From an uncultured Gammaproteobacteria bacterium (GTDB lineage Bacteria > Patescibacteriota > Microgenomatia > UBA12405): a stretch of DNA of 64,000 bases. The stretch's first letter is position 1, and each line of letters starts with the position of its first letter. The position numbers and the translations under genes are program-made. Of this stretch, positions 18,936-29,862 are shown piece by piece. Under the pieces are notes generated by a model that saw nothing but the letters and a program-made list of their open reading frames with translations, was not told where the DNA came from and ran no database searches. The stretch lies in the NCBI GenBank assembly GCA_964448705.1, contig CAYUZS010000003.1:9384-73383 (forward strand), given 5' to 3'.

Positions 18936-19701
18936 ACGGATCGTTCCTTTCGTACTTCACATATTCTTTGGCAGTGTTAAATCCCGACTCGATATTACTA
19001 ATATCTTCCTGCAAAGTAAATTTGCTTAACCGGCTTATCACTGAAGTTTCTTCCGAACTCATCGTCAGATCGGCCAAAGTCAGTTTATCTATCTCAAAAG
19101 TCGAATTGTCGGTTATATAATAAGCGGCAATTCCCAAATCAATAGTGGATGTTTCGCCGGTAGTTCTCATTTTAAAGGTTGATAAAGACAAAACCGGTAG
19201 TGAATTTTCCAAACCATTAATCAATTCCAGATATCGATTAGCCGGACCGATTACTGTTAAAGTAACCGGAATGTTAGCCACTCCATTAACTTTAGAAGCC
19301 ACAGTCTCTGTCGTACTATCTTTTGAAATTTCTCCGGGGTTCACTAAAAAGCTGTTGATCTGATATCCGTAATTTGAAGCTATTTTTCCTACCATTTCCA
19401 CCAGTACGTACGAATTTTTCTCCGGTAGTAAGGCGTTAGCAATAAAGTTGGAGTTTTTGGTTAGTTCCTCTTGGTCAATTGAACTCAAATATTGTCTTTT
19501 TTGTTCCAACTGCTTTCTCTTTGAATCTATATATTTATATTGACTAGACATTTGTTGAAAATCTTTCACTTTCGGAATCAACAGGATGTTTACACTAAAA
19601 AGCATTATCAACAACAAACCCAAAACCGGCAAAAAAACCACAATCAACCCTGTTTCCACTCCGAATATTTCTTCCGGCAGCTTAACTTGTCCAATCTTCA
19701 T
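18925..19701 (-). CDS. PilO-like type IV pilus alignment protein
   Basis: TM plus coiled coil, ALLPE, C-terminal RNDPF; follows pilM/pilN. Confidence 0.65.
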   Translation of the reverse strand: MKIGQVKLPEEIFGVETGLIVVFLPVLGLLLIMLFSVNILLIPKVKDFQQMSSQYKYIDSKRKQLEQKRQYLSSIDQEELTKNSNFIANALLPEKNSYVLVEMVGKIASNYGYQINSFLVNPGEISKDSTTETVASKVNGVANIPVTLTVIGPANRYLELINGLENSLPVLSLSTFKMRTTGETSTIDLGIAAYYITDNSTFEIDKLTLADLTMSSEETSVISRLSKFTLQEDISNIESGFNTAKEYVKYERNDPFNP

Positions 19702-20243
19702 TTTAAAGCCACCTCCATTGAAAAATTAAAACCTCCATTCAAATAGGTTAAACTTGTCATTTTAGCCGCACTAAATTCTTCATTTTTTCCTTTATTGATA
19801 TCCGCCATCATTGATTCAATCATATCCATATTTTCTTTCCCCATTGTAGTTGCTGATAATTTAAAACCTTGCATATTTTCCAATTCAAAATTGGTTAAAG
19901 TTACTCCCGATGGGAACAAATTAATTACCGACTCAAAAGCTTTTCCATATTCAAATCTTTTATTAAGCAGTTCTCCCACAATCTTGGCCTTATATTTCAA
20001 CCTCTGACTGGAAACTATATTATCCGTCATTGCTAAATAATCCGCCGATGCTTTCTGATACTTGGTGCTTAAGGCATTATTTCTGATTTTCATAGTTACA
20101 TTCAAAGTTAAAATTATTCCCGCCGCCGCCACCCAGACTGTTGCCATTACTACCATTATTAACCTAACCTTAGACTGTAATTTTATTTTAGTCGCCTGAA
20201 ATTTAGCTCTGGTCGGTAATAAATTCAAATCCATATTGCTCAT
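19698..20243 (-). CDS. PilN-like protein
   Basis: N-terminal LNLLP PilM-binding motif, TM, coiled coil. Confidence 0.75.
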   Translation of the reverse strand: MSNMDLNLLPTRAKFQATKIKLQSKVRLIMVVMATVWVAAAGIILTLNVTMKIRNNALSTKYQKASADYLAMTDNIVSSQRLKYKAKIVGELLNKRFEYGKAFESVINLFPSGVTLTNFELENMQGFKLSATTMGKENMDMIESMMADINKGKNEEFSAAKMTSLTYLNGGFNFSMEVALK

Positions 20244-21265
20244 ATCAACCCCCTCATTGCCAAACCGGCTGCCAAAGTAAAGCGGCAGCCTTCAGTGTTC
20301 AAGTCTATCGTCAAATTAGTTTTTGTTGTTTCAATCTTTATAAACGGCTGAATCACTTGTACTTCAATTCCTAACAGTTTTGTTAATTCTTCGGCTAAAC
20401 CGGGCAAGTTTGCCCCGCCTCCACTTAGTACCAACAAATCTGCCGGCTTATTTTGGTCTTCCCTAAAAGAAGCTAAGGCTCTTCTGATCTCTTCGCCCAT
20501 ACTGGTAAAAACCGGCTGAATGGCGTTTCTGATTTTTCCTTCCAGTTCTCCGCCTTTCATTCCGTAAGCCTTTTTATATTCTTCTGCCGAGGCCATATCC
20601 AATCCCAGATTAATTGAAATTGCCCTGGTTAAAGATTCTCCTCCTACCGACATTGCTCTGGTAAAATAGACGTTTCCTTTATTTAAACTGACAATGTCAG
20701 AGTATTTTTCTCCCATATCTACGAGCAAAATTCCGGCTGTATCCGAAACAGAATTCACCAACACTCTTCGGAAAGCCACTGCCGGAGATTCCAAGGCTAC
20801 CATTTCTAAACCGGTCATTTTAAATAATTTGACGTAAGATTGGATCAAATCATTCCTCGCCGCAATTGCAAATACGGTTAACCTCCCTGCATCATCTTTT
20901 TCCACTATCTCATAATCGATCGACACCTGATCAAGAGGGTAGGGGACAAAAGTTTCCGCTTCATACTTCAAGGCATCTCTTATTTCACTGTCTTTTAATG
21001 GAGGTAATCTGATTAATCTGGAAACAACCTCATCTTCCGGCAAACAAGTCACTACTTTCTTTGCTTTTATTTTCAAATCATTCATCAAATTTTTGATTGC
21101 TGTTGCCACCTCACCTTTTTCTTTATCTGCTTTATCCTTTAACCAATCCACTCTTGGTGATTTTGATTCTCCTAAATGATCTAAAACAACTTTATCCGCC
21201 GATTTGGAAAAAGATACCAACTTAATACTGCCGACACCAATATCAATACCTAAAATATCACTCAT
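20240..21265 (-). CDS. pilM: Type IV pilus assembly protein PilM
   Basis: GIDIGVGSIK, VDMG, LSGGGANLPGL, GLAMRG actin-like motifs. Confidence 0.93.
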   Translation of the reverse strand: MSDILGIDIGVGSIKLVSFSKSADKVVLDHLGESKSPRVDWLKDKADKEKGEVATAIKNLMNDLKIKAKKVVTCLPEDEVVSRLIRLPPLKDSEIRDALKYEAETFVPYPLDQVSIDYEIVEKDDAGRLTVFAIAARNDLIQSYVKLFKMTGLEMVALESPAVAFRRVLVNSVSDTAGILLVDMGEKYSDIVSLNKGNVYFTRAMSVGGESLTRAISINLGLDMASAEEYKKAYGMKGGELEGKIRNAIQPVFTSMGEEIRRALASFREDQNKPADLLVLSGGGANLPGLAEELTKLLGIEVQVIQPFIKIETTKTNLTIDLNTEGCRFTLAAGLAMRGLI

Positions 21266-21288
21266 TCATTCAGTATAAACATTTCTGA

Positions 21289-22107
21289 TTAGTTACTCAA
21301 TACATTTCCGCCGGCAGTTACTGCCTCAAGCATAAAAGCCGGAACTTGATATTGATTAACCATATTTATTGTCCGACTGGCATTAGCTGTCGCCCCCGCA
21401 GACACATCTCCTGCTTTTCCTGTAGAACTGATTTCCAAAGCCTGATCCGGAAAACTATTACCTCCGTTGGCTACCACCACAATATTTGTATCACCTTCAA
21501 TCGGTTTTATTACCAAAAGTAGGGGAGTCCCGGACGGCAAACCGCTCAAAGGTATTGATTTTCTCCCTGAAGAACAGCTATTGTCGGTAGGATTAACATT
21601 ATCAAATCCGCTAACCCGACCTCCCGTAGAGACATTAAATCCACTTCGGTAGACCCAGTAAGTCGTACCGCTTAAGTAAAAGTAATCAACTTTCAAGGCT
21701 CCATTAAAATTGTTGTTAACACAGACATTAAATGTTGATCCCGCCATATTCACTGAAGTGTCAATCGATCCGTCATCATGATGTCCCACCAACCAGGTAT
21801 AGCTACTGTGATTACGTAATGTAACTTCGTCTAAATCAAATGTCTGGCTGCCACCACCAATTTCATTTATTTTAACCGTCGCTGTGCTTTTATTATCCGA
21901 AGCCACATAATCGGTTCTACCGGTCACCAGGTAATAATCTATTCCCGATTCTGCCGCATTAAATGCTTGTTTCAATAATTCCTGATCGGTGGTGATTTTT
22001 GTATCTACCGTCGATTTTTTAGATACTGATAAACCAATTGTCATCACTATTGCTGATACTATCAGCACAATCAACGCTACTTGTCCTTTGGATTTTTCGA
22101 TATTCAT
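21289..22107 (-). CDS. PilX-like minor pilin
   Basis: KG|QVALIVL leader lacking E5, AFNAAESGI motif. Confidence 0.75.
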   Translation of the reverse strand: MNIEKSKGQVALIVLIVSAIVMTIGLSVSKKSTVDTKITTDQELLKQAFNAAESGIDYYLVTGRTDYVASDNKSTATVKINEIGGGSQTFDLDEVTLRNHSSYTWLVGHHDDGSIDTSVNMAGSTFNVCVNNNFNGALKVDYFYLSGTTYWVYRSGFNVSTGGRVSGFDNVNPTDNSCSSGRKSIPLSGLPSGTPLLLVIKPIEGDTNIVVVANGGNSFPDQALEISSTGKAGDVSAGATANASRTINMVNQYQVPAFMLEAVTAGGNVLSN

Positions 22108-22109
22108 TT

Positions 22110-24662
22110 TTATTTTCCTTGTGACCAGCTAACCAATATTTTTGATAGTCTTTGCGGCATATTAAAGATGAAATCCGGCCGATATGAAACCAAAGTTGCC
22201 GGACTGTCATTATTATCTACCATTGTGGTATAACCGCGATTTAGTCTAATTGTAGTTGGAGAATACAAGATTCCGTTAATTCTTAATTGAGTATTGTTTG
22301 TCCCTCCGGCAGTAATTCCCTGATCTGCCGCCAAAATTCCCTCAGTTCTGGTTACCGACTGATCAATCGTAATTGTTCCCGAAGAGACAATCATCAAAAA
22401 TGATCCCGGATTAACCGTATTATTACTGGTTATATTAACGTTTCCATCCACCAACACCACTCCTGTTCCTCCAGTCATACTTACTATTTGGCTCATCGTG
22501 GTTGCTGTCGGAATAGTAAATCCTAACCCCAGCTTCGCAAAATAATTTCCGTAAATATAATCATAGCCAAAATTATCATTAACCACATCGCCGGCATAAC
22601 TCCAATTTTTCGGATTACCATAACTGCAGTTTCCACTTAAAGAGCATCCGGAATTGTTGGAAATTGAAGGAGCAGACACTAAACCGTTGGTGGCACTACC
22701 GGCAGATATCGACATTGCCGGAGTACAACCGGAACTTAAAGCGCATGTTTCCGGAATCATCTCTGTGATCGACGATTTAGAAAACAACCCGCCCCCGCTC
22801 ACTTGAAACCATGGTTCCTGATCTCTGATGGCCGAAAAATCTATCCGCAGTGTAGGTGTTGCCGAATAGGGATCTACCAACGATTCGGTAATTTGATTGC
22901 TCGGACCGCATAAAACATTGTTCCCGACCCCAACCCATCTGGTAACCACATTGCTTGCCTGCAAATCATCGTTTGGTTGAACCACATAAGTTTGCCCCCA
23001 AGTTATTCCTATTCCGGAATAATAATTGTTGCCGACAGCATTCGCCGTCGACTCCAAAGTGCTGTTTCTGGTAATTCTTACTTGGGTAAAATTCATTTCC
23101 GGTGACGCCAAAACGTCAAAACCAACTCCGGTCGAACAAACCGCACCTGCAGCTTGATTGGAACTATCGTACATATTACCGCTTAAAGCCACCTGGCAAT
23201 CCCAAACCCGCAAATATCGATTGGAATTAACCCAGCCACTGTCTCCGCCGTACTGATCCACTCCTCGTATTTCCATCGCGTAAGTAGCGTTAGGAAATGA
23301 ATTTCCTAAATTAACCCAGAAAGTAACCGTACGTGAATTGGCTCCGGCAGTTCCCACAGTCACCGGTGTACTTCCCCACGTTGCTCCGCCGCTGCCGGAG
23401 ATAGTTGTTGTTGGAGTACCGTTAATTCCACTTACTCCGATTGTCATCGGTATATTTCCGCTGTTGCTCAATCTTAAATACACTGCATTTATCTGGCTTC
23501 CGCCATTAATATCATTATCGTTAATCGTTACCTGAAATCTAAGTGCCCTGGAACCGCCAAAATCAGTGTCGCAAATATGGTTTCCGGAAACACCTAAACT
23601 TCCCATATTTTCACTTGGAATGGTTATTGTTCCCGGATTATTTATGATGACAATCGGATTACTCCCGATAAATGGGGCAGTATTTATCATAAAATATCCG
23701 TTTACCGAAGCTGTGCCGACATCTTCACCACCGTAAGAAGCACAGGTATTGTTCACCGGCACCACGTACCATCGATAGAGAACTCCCGTAGATAATGTTC
23801 CGGTAGTAACCGATGTCCCGGTGACATTAGTGTTGCTCCATACCGTTGATCCACTAGTATTGTTGATTAAATAAACCCGATAATAATCTGTCAAACTACT
23901 GGTACCTGTCCAGCTTAAAGTTGCCGTCGTTCCCGAAGCTGAATAAGGACTTGTCGAAGTTCCGTTATAAGGTCCGTTTAATGTCGGTGCCGTCGGCCCG
24001 CCATTATCATTATTGGCACAAGATCCGGATGCAACTCCGGTACAAGTTCCACCACATAAAGCACCTGTACAGGTTGCATTCACCGTTTGTCCACAAAGTA
24101 GAGTACATGAAGGTAAAGGTCCGTAAGTCCCACTTACAGCACAACTTGGTGCTGATCCTGGGCAAGAACCACCACAGGATGCTCCATTACAAGTTCTAGT
24201 ACAACTGCTATTACAGGCCGACCATGTTCCATTAGTTGATCCTCTGGTTCCGGCACAAGTGCCGCCGCAACCATCACTGCAGGTACTCCCGCTGCAAGTG
24301 TTGGATGCACAAGAACAGTTTGGATAACATACTGAACAACCACTATCCGTATATGTTCTGACACTATTTTGAGTAGAGCAAATTGTCCCGGATTGGGTGC
24401 AGGGATTAATTCGAGTTTCTGAGTATCTTAAACAACTTCCTCCTTCCCAGTTACAAGAATCAGTGGAAGTGCTTTCAGCCATTTGACAAAGTGAATATTC
24501 ATAATAATCGTCGTACATACAATTACCTGTCCATACATTATAAGATCCACCACCACCGCAACTCTGGGCAAAAACATCCCCGGACTTTACAAAAAAAAGA
24601 GATAGTACCACTGATAATATAATTACCAGCTGAAATCCAATTGATTTGCGCGACATGGACAC
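22110..24662 (-). CDS. Large secreted Cys-rich protein, putative pilus adhesin
   Basis: Signal peptide, Cys-rich repeats (CSDGCGGTC, WSAC), FN3-like segment, beta-rich C-terminus; start may be 24656. Confidence 0.7.
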   Translation of the reverse strand: MSMSRKSIGFQLVIILSVVLSLFFVKSGDVFAQSCGGGGSYNVWTGNCMYDDYYEYSLCQMAESTSTDSCNWEGGSCLRYSETRINPCTQSGTICSTQNSVRTYTDSGCSVCYPNCSCASNTCSGSTCSDGCGGTCAGTRGSTNGTWSACNSSCTRTCNGASCGGSCPGSAPSCAVSGTYGPLPSCTLLCGQTVNATCTGALCGGTCTGVASGSCANNDNGGPTAPTLNGPYNGTSTSPYSASGTTATLSWTGTSSLTDYYRVYLINNTSGSTVWSNTNVTGTSVTTGTLSTGVLYRWYVVPVNNTCASYGGEDVGTASVNGYFMINTAPFIGSNPIVIINNPGTITIPSENMGSLGVSGNHICDTDFGGSRALRFQVTINDNDINGGSQINAVYLRLSNSGNIPMTIGVSGINGTPTTTISGSGGATWGSTPVTVGTAGANSRTVTFWVNLGNSFPNATYAMEIRGVDQYGGDSGWVNSNRYLRVWDCQVALSGNMYDSSNQAAGAVCSTGVGFDVLASPEMNFTQVRITRNSTLESTANAVGNNYYSGIGITWGQTYVVQPNDDLQASNVVTRWVGVGNNVLCGPSNQITESLVDPYSATPTLRIDFSAIRDQEPWFQVSGGGLFSKSSITEMIPETCALSSGCTPAMSISAGSATNGLVSAPSISNNSGCSLSGNCSYGNPKNWSYAGDVVNDNFGYDYIYGNYFAKLGLGFTIPTATTMSQIVSMTGGTGVVLVDGNVNITSNNTVNPGSFLMIVSSGTITIDQSVTRTEGILAADQGITAGGTNNTQLRINGILYSPTTIRLNRGYTTMVDNNDSPATLVSYRPDFIFNMPQRLSKILVSWSQGK

Positions 24663-25231
24663 GTTTCATCAACATTTAACTCAAAACTTTCTCCTTTCAA
24701 CCAAGACAACAACTGTATATTTCCTGCAGAACAGTAACCTCTATCACCAGAAGTCATCATCAATGCCACCACCTGTTTTCCGATCGGTAATGTTGCTTTT
24801 ACTGTTTCAAAATCATCGGTAGCCACTGTCAAGAATTTTGCGTTATCGTAATCCTTTTTTTTAAAATCTCTGCTTACGTAATTTGTTGTTCCAATTCTTC
24901 CCATGTATCCACTAATTTGCATATCAACAGTTTTTTCCTCACCTAATTTATTTTTTATTTTAAGGCCAAGAAAAGCGTCTGTTCCTTTTAAATACAAATT
25001 ATCTATTACACCGACAACTTCATACACACCAGTATATTCATCATACAAACCGCAGTCTATTTCTATCCCGTCTTTTTGATAATAATCACATTTCAGAACC
25101 TCTTTTGCCGGTTCATTATTAGTATTAACTACTATTTCTTTTCTTTGCCTATTCAAATTCAAAAAGAAAATCGACAACCCGACAACAAACAATAATAAAA
25201 CAAACAATATCTTCCTATAATCGCTACTCAT
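24623..25231 (-). CDS. Membrane-anchored hypothetical protein
   Basis: N-terminal TM helix, 4 Cys; TGcTATTAT ends 7 nt before ATG. Confidence 0.7.
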   Translation of the reverse strand: MSSDYRKILFVLLLFVVGLSIFFLNLNRQRKEIVVNTNNEPAKEVLKCDYYQKDGIEIDCGLYDEYTGVYEVVGVIDNLYLKGTDAFLGLKIKNKLGEEKTVDMQISGYMGRIGTTNYVSRDFKKKDYDNAKFLTVATDDFETVKATLPIGKQVVALMMTSGDRGYCSAGNIQLLSWLKGESFELNVDETCPCRANQLDFSW

Positions 25232-25251
25232 CAGTAAAATAATAGCAGATT

Positions 25252-26931
25252 CTAGTTCGAGGAAGTAAAGATATTACTCAAAATCGGTAGAAAGTTTATA
25301 TCAATATTAGCGTTATTCATTCCTTCTACAAATTGATCAAGTGAATCGATTGTCATTCCCAAGTTCCTCATCGAGTCATAATCTTCATTCCCAAGGGCTA
25401 AAGTGTTTGCTTGTCCATTTCCAATTCTAGATAGCAAATACATGTCTACTCTTAATCCTCTCTGTTTAACAGACATATCGTAAATAACCCCATAAAAAAA
25501 GGATTCTGTTGGAGGATTCATTCCATATATAAAAACCTGATTAGGATGCAGATAATCAAAAATATAACCTTCTTCGGAATCTTTGTCAGGAACACCGGCA
25601 GGGTTGGAACCGGGAGTTAAAACATAAGGAGAATCATATAGTACCGGACCTTTCATTTCTTCTAAAGTAAAGAACCTGCCGCCGTCCGGTAAGCTTCCGG
25701 CTCTTGTTGAAGCAAAATGTTCCATTGAACCGTCTGTATACACAAAATCACCTCCCACAATCACCGGCACTACCGTTCCATTTTCAATTCCGACAAAAGC
25801 AATATCATATTTTATTTTTCTTCCGTCCTTAAGCGCTTCATTTACTCTGTCACTTAGTATCTTCAGTTCGTCAGATAAATCTCTATTATATTCCTCCGGA
25901 GGTTTGTATCCCTGATAGTTCGGTGTTATTTCTGTTGGAAAACCTGATAAAACTTTCATTCCCCCAAGATAAACCACTTGCCCCATGTATCCAGTAAGAT
26001 TATTTGAATAAGAACCAGGTATCTCATTTCGAATAACCACCTTTCCCAAATCTTTTCCCCAATCAGGTTCACTTACACTCAATGGTTGATATGATGTCTG
26101 ACCATTGACCCAATTATCGATGTTTTCTTTAGTACCGTCTATTATTTCTAATACTTCCGGTTTGCTTTCCTGGACCACTTCTGGTGTCACTTCCACAGTT
26201 GGCTCAACTGTCACTATTGTCGGTGCTACTGATTCTGTCGGGGTTATTTCACCCGACTGAGCAGACACTTCTTTCACTCCAAATTCAGCAATAAAATTAT
26301 CAAATGCCCTTCTGGCAGGGGATTGCAGAGTTCCAGAAGTATCATCAGAAATAACAACATCGTTGCCGTCTGGGTCAATCACCACCAGTTTCTGGTGAAT
26401 AACATTGTCTTTATCCACCTCCGAAAAAGAAGAAGCTAGTTCCTTAAAATTTTTCGGATTTCCTGCTGCATCCAATTGATATGAAACCAATGATTCAATT
26501 GGTAAATCGGTTAACTTATCCTTTCCTTTCAATAAACCCACTAATTCTTTTACTCTCTTCTCATTTGGATCTACCTTAATTGATTCAGTGGCTCCCAAAT
26601 GGACATTATTTGAAATGCCTTCATCATCACTTACTGTACAAAACATTCTAGCAAACGGTTTTTCACTTTTGACATTCCATATTACCGGATTAGACACTTT
26701 TAAGTCCGGATATTGTATCTGGCAGATTTCCAAAACTTTGTCCAAATCCTGTGTTTTGTTCTGTTCGTTAAACACCTCTAAAGTCACTTTTGATAAACCC
26801 GGCTCTGACGTTGGAGTTGGTTCAGTTAACCCTTCAACCGGAGTTGCCGAATTAACCGGAGAACAACCGTTTAATAATGTGCCTCCAACAATAATACCTG
26901 CAATCGCTGCTTCTATTTTTTTCATTGGCAT
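25252..26931 (-). CDS. Hypothetical acidic lipoprotein-like protein
   Basis: Signal peptide with LLNG|C lipobox-like site, Pro/Thr/Glu linkers. Confidence 0.65.
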   Translation of the reverse strand: MPMKKIEAAIAGIIVGGTLLNGCSPVNSATPVEGLTEPTPTSEPGLSKVTLEVFNEQNKTQDLDKVLEICQIQYPDLKVSNPVIWNVKSEKPFARMFCTVSDDEGISNNVHLGATESIKVDPNEKRVKELVGLLKGKDKLTDLPIESLVSYQLDAAGNPKNFKELASSFSEVDKDNVIHQKLVVIDPDGNDVVISDDTSGTLQSPARRAFDNFIAEFGVKEVSAQSGEITPTESVAPTIVTVEPTVEVTPEVVQESKPEVLEIIDGTKENIDNWVNGQTSYQPLSVSEPDWGKDLGKVVIRNEIPGSYSNNLTGYMGQVVYLGGMKVLSGFPTEITPNYQGYKPPEEYNRDLSDELKILSDRVNEALKDGRKIKYDIAFVGIENGTVVPVIVGGDFVYTDGSMEHFASTRAGSLPDGGRFFTLEEMKGPVLYDSPYVLTPGSNPAGVPDKDSEEGYIFDYLHPNQVFIYGMNPPTESFFYGVIYDMSVKQRGLRVDMYLLSRIGNGQANTLALGNEDYDSMRNLGMTIDSLDQFVEGMNNANIDINFLPILSNIFTSSN

Positions 26932-27086
26932 TTTTTATTACAAATAGAACCTATAATATGAATACATTATATCATCTACAGGGACAAAGTCAATTTTTAT
27001 CCTATCCCATAGTAAAATATACATATCAGTTACACATGTCGTTCTTATCAAACTAATTCTTTACGGACTGACAAACATTTTTCTGT

Positions 27087-28943
27087 CTATTGGCTGATAT
27101 TATCAACTGCTTTTACCATCTCCTCATCCCAAGGCAGAGAATTGTCATTATCAATAATTTCCAGATGATCATTACAATCCGGTAGAGAATATATATTTTT
27201 TGAACACTCATCTCTCAAAACCCTCTTCGCCTCATCTATCTTTCCGTCGGCTTTATAGACATACGCCAGTTCCACATAAAAAATACTCCAACGGTGCGAA
27301 ACTCTAGCCGCCAAGTCCAGATATCTTAAAGACGTCTCTCTTTGGCCGTTATCCCATTCTACTTTTGCCTGATGATAGAGCATTTTTGCCATAGGCATCG
27401 TCTCTGCCGTCGTCCAGTCATCAAAGTTTATATTATTCTCAATCAACTCCAACAAATAATTTATTTTTTGAGTCTGATTGCTGGCAAAATAATATCTAAG
27501 TAACATATAGTAATAATTAAAATTATTTTTCGGATCAATTTTAAACAGTTCATAGAAATATATTTCTGATTTAGGCAATGGATTCACAGAAATTAATCTT
27601 TGATAAAGATAAGCATTATTTTTGAACAATTTTATAGTTTGGGGGGTATCTTCATCAATCAACATCAGCCTCGATCTTAATTCCAAAGGATTTATTTTGA
27701 TTGCCAGACGATAGTTACCTCCTGAATATAAAATATCAGAAACAACTATTGTTGTTCCCAGAAAAAATATTAAAAGTGAACCAAAAACTGTCAGTTTCAG
27801 GAAAAATTTATTATTTTTTGTAACGACACCATACAACGCAGGTACTTTCCAAAAAACAAATATTAAAGACAATAAAAATATCCCCGGAAAATACCAAGTT
27901 GAGTCCAATAAAGTGTTTAATATCGCCCCCAAACTAACCGCAAATAACAAATTATTGTTTTTGTATTGATAAAGCAAAGAAAATCCAACAACCCCAAACA
28001 ATAATATTGTAAAAATAAGTCCATTTTCCGACAAAAATTGCCAAAAAGAACTGTAAGCGTAATTAGCAAACATTTTTGTCGAGTTTCTTGTTTGTCTATT
28101 AATTACACTAAAAGTTGATGGTCCGTTGCCGACAATCGGAGATCTTTGAAAACCAATCAATGCCTCTCTCCATGATTCAAGCCTGGTACCATCAAACGTT
28201 TTTTGTGGTTTTTGATTATTTACTACCGAGATAAATATCTTTCCCAACATAACTGCTAAAAATATGATTAAAAACCATTTTATTATTAAAGTAAATTTAT
28301 TCCTCATTTTTAATACTGTTAATCCACATACAGTTGAAATAATTGCTGATCTATAATCCGTAAAATATAGCGTTATCGACAACAATATCAGAATAGGTAA
28401 AAAATATAAATAATTTTTTATCCCTATTTTTGAAACCACAATAATAATTGAAAAAACAAGCAATAAACCCAAACTACTATGTCCCCAAATTTGTAAAATA
28501 AAGTTGTCACCTAAATCCACTATCGGGAGAGTAATTACCTGAAACTTAGACAAAACCATAATTATGGAAAAAATGACCGAAGAAATAATCACCGTATAAA
28601 ACAGACGCTCTATTTTTTTTATATAAAGACAACTGATGTTCAATAGAATCATCACTGTTACAAAATTAACTAAAAGATAATAAGAAACACCTATATTTAG
28701 AGAAAAAATAGAAGATAAAAAGTACATTGCTACCAATAATAATTGGATAATCAGTAATAAGTTTGAATAAACATTATTAGTTTTTTTTCCGGATAAATAC
28801 CATAAAAACAAAAAAAACAACGGCCCCATATAGAAATAAAATCTTTCCCGACCATATATACCAACACCCAAAAGTGGTAGACCTCCTAAATATCCCAAAA
28901 ACAACCACTCCTGCCAATTGTTCAGCAATTTTCTTAACCCCAT
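27087..28943 (-). CDS. O-antigen ligase (Wzy_C) family membrane protein with TPR-like tail
   Basis: About 12 TM helices, TDYRSA, R...W......PIVGNGPSTF, FLSENG; TAATG-coupled to a pilin gene. Confidence 0.75.
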   Translation of the reverse strand: MGLRKLLNNWQEWLFLGYLGGLPLLGVGIYGRERFYFYMGPLFFLFLWYLSGKKTNNVYSNLLLIIQLLLVAMYFLSSIFSLNIGVSYYLLVNFVTVMILLNISCLYIKKIERLFYTVIISSVIFSIIMVLSKFQVITLPIVDLGDNFILQIWGHSSLGLLLVFSIIIVVSKIGIKNYLYFLPILILLSITLYFTDYRSAIISTVCGLTVLKMRNKFTLIIKWFLIIFLAVMLGKIFISVVNNQKPQKTFDGTRLESWREALIGFQRSPIVGNGPSTFSVINRQTRNSTKMFANYAYSSFWQFLSENGLIFTILLFGVVGFSLLYQYKNNNLLFAVSLGAILNTLLDSTWYFPGIFLLSLIFVFWKVPALYGVVTKNNKFFLKLTVFGSLLIFFLGTTIVVSDILYSGGNYRLAIKINPLELRSRLMLIDEDTPQTIKLFKNNAYLYQRLISVNPLPKSEIYFYELFKIDPKNNFNYYYMLLRYYFASNQTQKINYLLELIENNINFDDWTTAETMPMAKMLYHQAKVEWDNGQRETSLRYLDLAARVSHRWSIFYVELAYVYKADGKIDEAKRVLRDECSKNIYSLPDCNDHLEIIDNDNSLPWDEEMVKAVDNISQ

Positions 28944-29446
28944 TAATAATTCCTCACTGCTACTTTAGTCGTAAAAGATCTGGAAACATAATTTTCACTG
29001 CCACTGTTCGGCACCCCGGTGCTTAATGTAAAACCAATATTCGCCGAAGTAACCATTCCTGTTGAAGTAACTTCACAGGTCACAAAGTTATTACAGTTGC
29101 TTGCCGACACTCCCACCGTCAAATTGGTAGTTGTCGTTGCCGACACCGAAGCGATTGCTCCGCCTTCAATACATTGCAATGTGTTAACATTCCCATCTAA
29201 CTGGTTCATATAAGTTATCGAATCTCCCGTATTGCAGGTTACATTTAACCCATTGGAAGTTAAAAAGTTATTTCTGATTTCGTTTAAAGCATATTGACCG
29301 TTTTGCTCTATTCTGTCGGCCACATCAACCCTGCTCGATGCCTTAAAAGAATTAAGCAGTACCGACACCACCGTCACCATAATCACCGCCAACACCGCCA
29401 CTACCACCATCATTTCAATTAATGTAAAACCATTTCTTTTTATCAT
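28943..29446 (-). CDS. Prepilin-type minor pilin (PilW-like)
   Basis: G|FTLIE class III signal. Confidence 0.85.
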   Translation of the reverse strand: MIKRNGFTLIEMMVVVAVLAVIMVTVVSVLLNSFKASSRVDVADRIEQNGQYALNEIRNNFLTSNGLNVTCNTGDSITYMNQLDGNVNTLQCIEGGAIASVSATTTTNLTVGVSASNCNNFVTCEVTSTGMVTSANIGFTLSTGVPNSGSENYVSRSFTTKVAVRNY

Positions 29447-29862
29447 TATCGGCTAAAAAATCTGGTAAATACTAATTGCTGTGCCGTCCTTCCGCTCCAA
29501 GCCACTTCCACTGTTGCGTTTGCACAAATAAAATTTGTTGCCCCGTTCGGGCAGTCATTAATTACTCTGGTGAAATTGATGGTGTAATTATATCCCGGAT
29601 AACCGGTCATAGTTTGTCTAACCCCATTATTTGCCTGCCAAAATGAAGAGTTCATATTCCAAAAATTATCTTTATCAGCAGATTCTTTTTCTACCAATTG
29701 TTCAACAATTTTTTGTCCCAGTTCCGCCGCTTTTCCTCTGTCATAGCTTTGGGTTTTTGATTTCAAAGAACTGACTAACAGCGACAATACCGCCGTCAGT
29801 ACCAGAATTATCACTCCTACCGAAAAAACCACTTCAATCAAACCTTGCCCTTTTTTCACCAT
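29446..29862 (-). CDS. Prepilin-type minor pilin (PilV-like)
   Basis: KKG|QGLIEV; C-terminal TVEVAW. Confidence 0.8.
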   Translation of the reverse strand: MVKKGQGLIEVVFSVGVIILVLTAVLSLLVSSLKSKTQSYDRGKAAELGQKIVEQLVEKESADKDNFWNMNSSFWQANNGVRQTMTGYPGYNYTINFTRVINDCPNGATNFICANATVEVAWSGRTAQQLVFTRFFSR

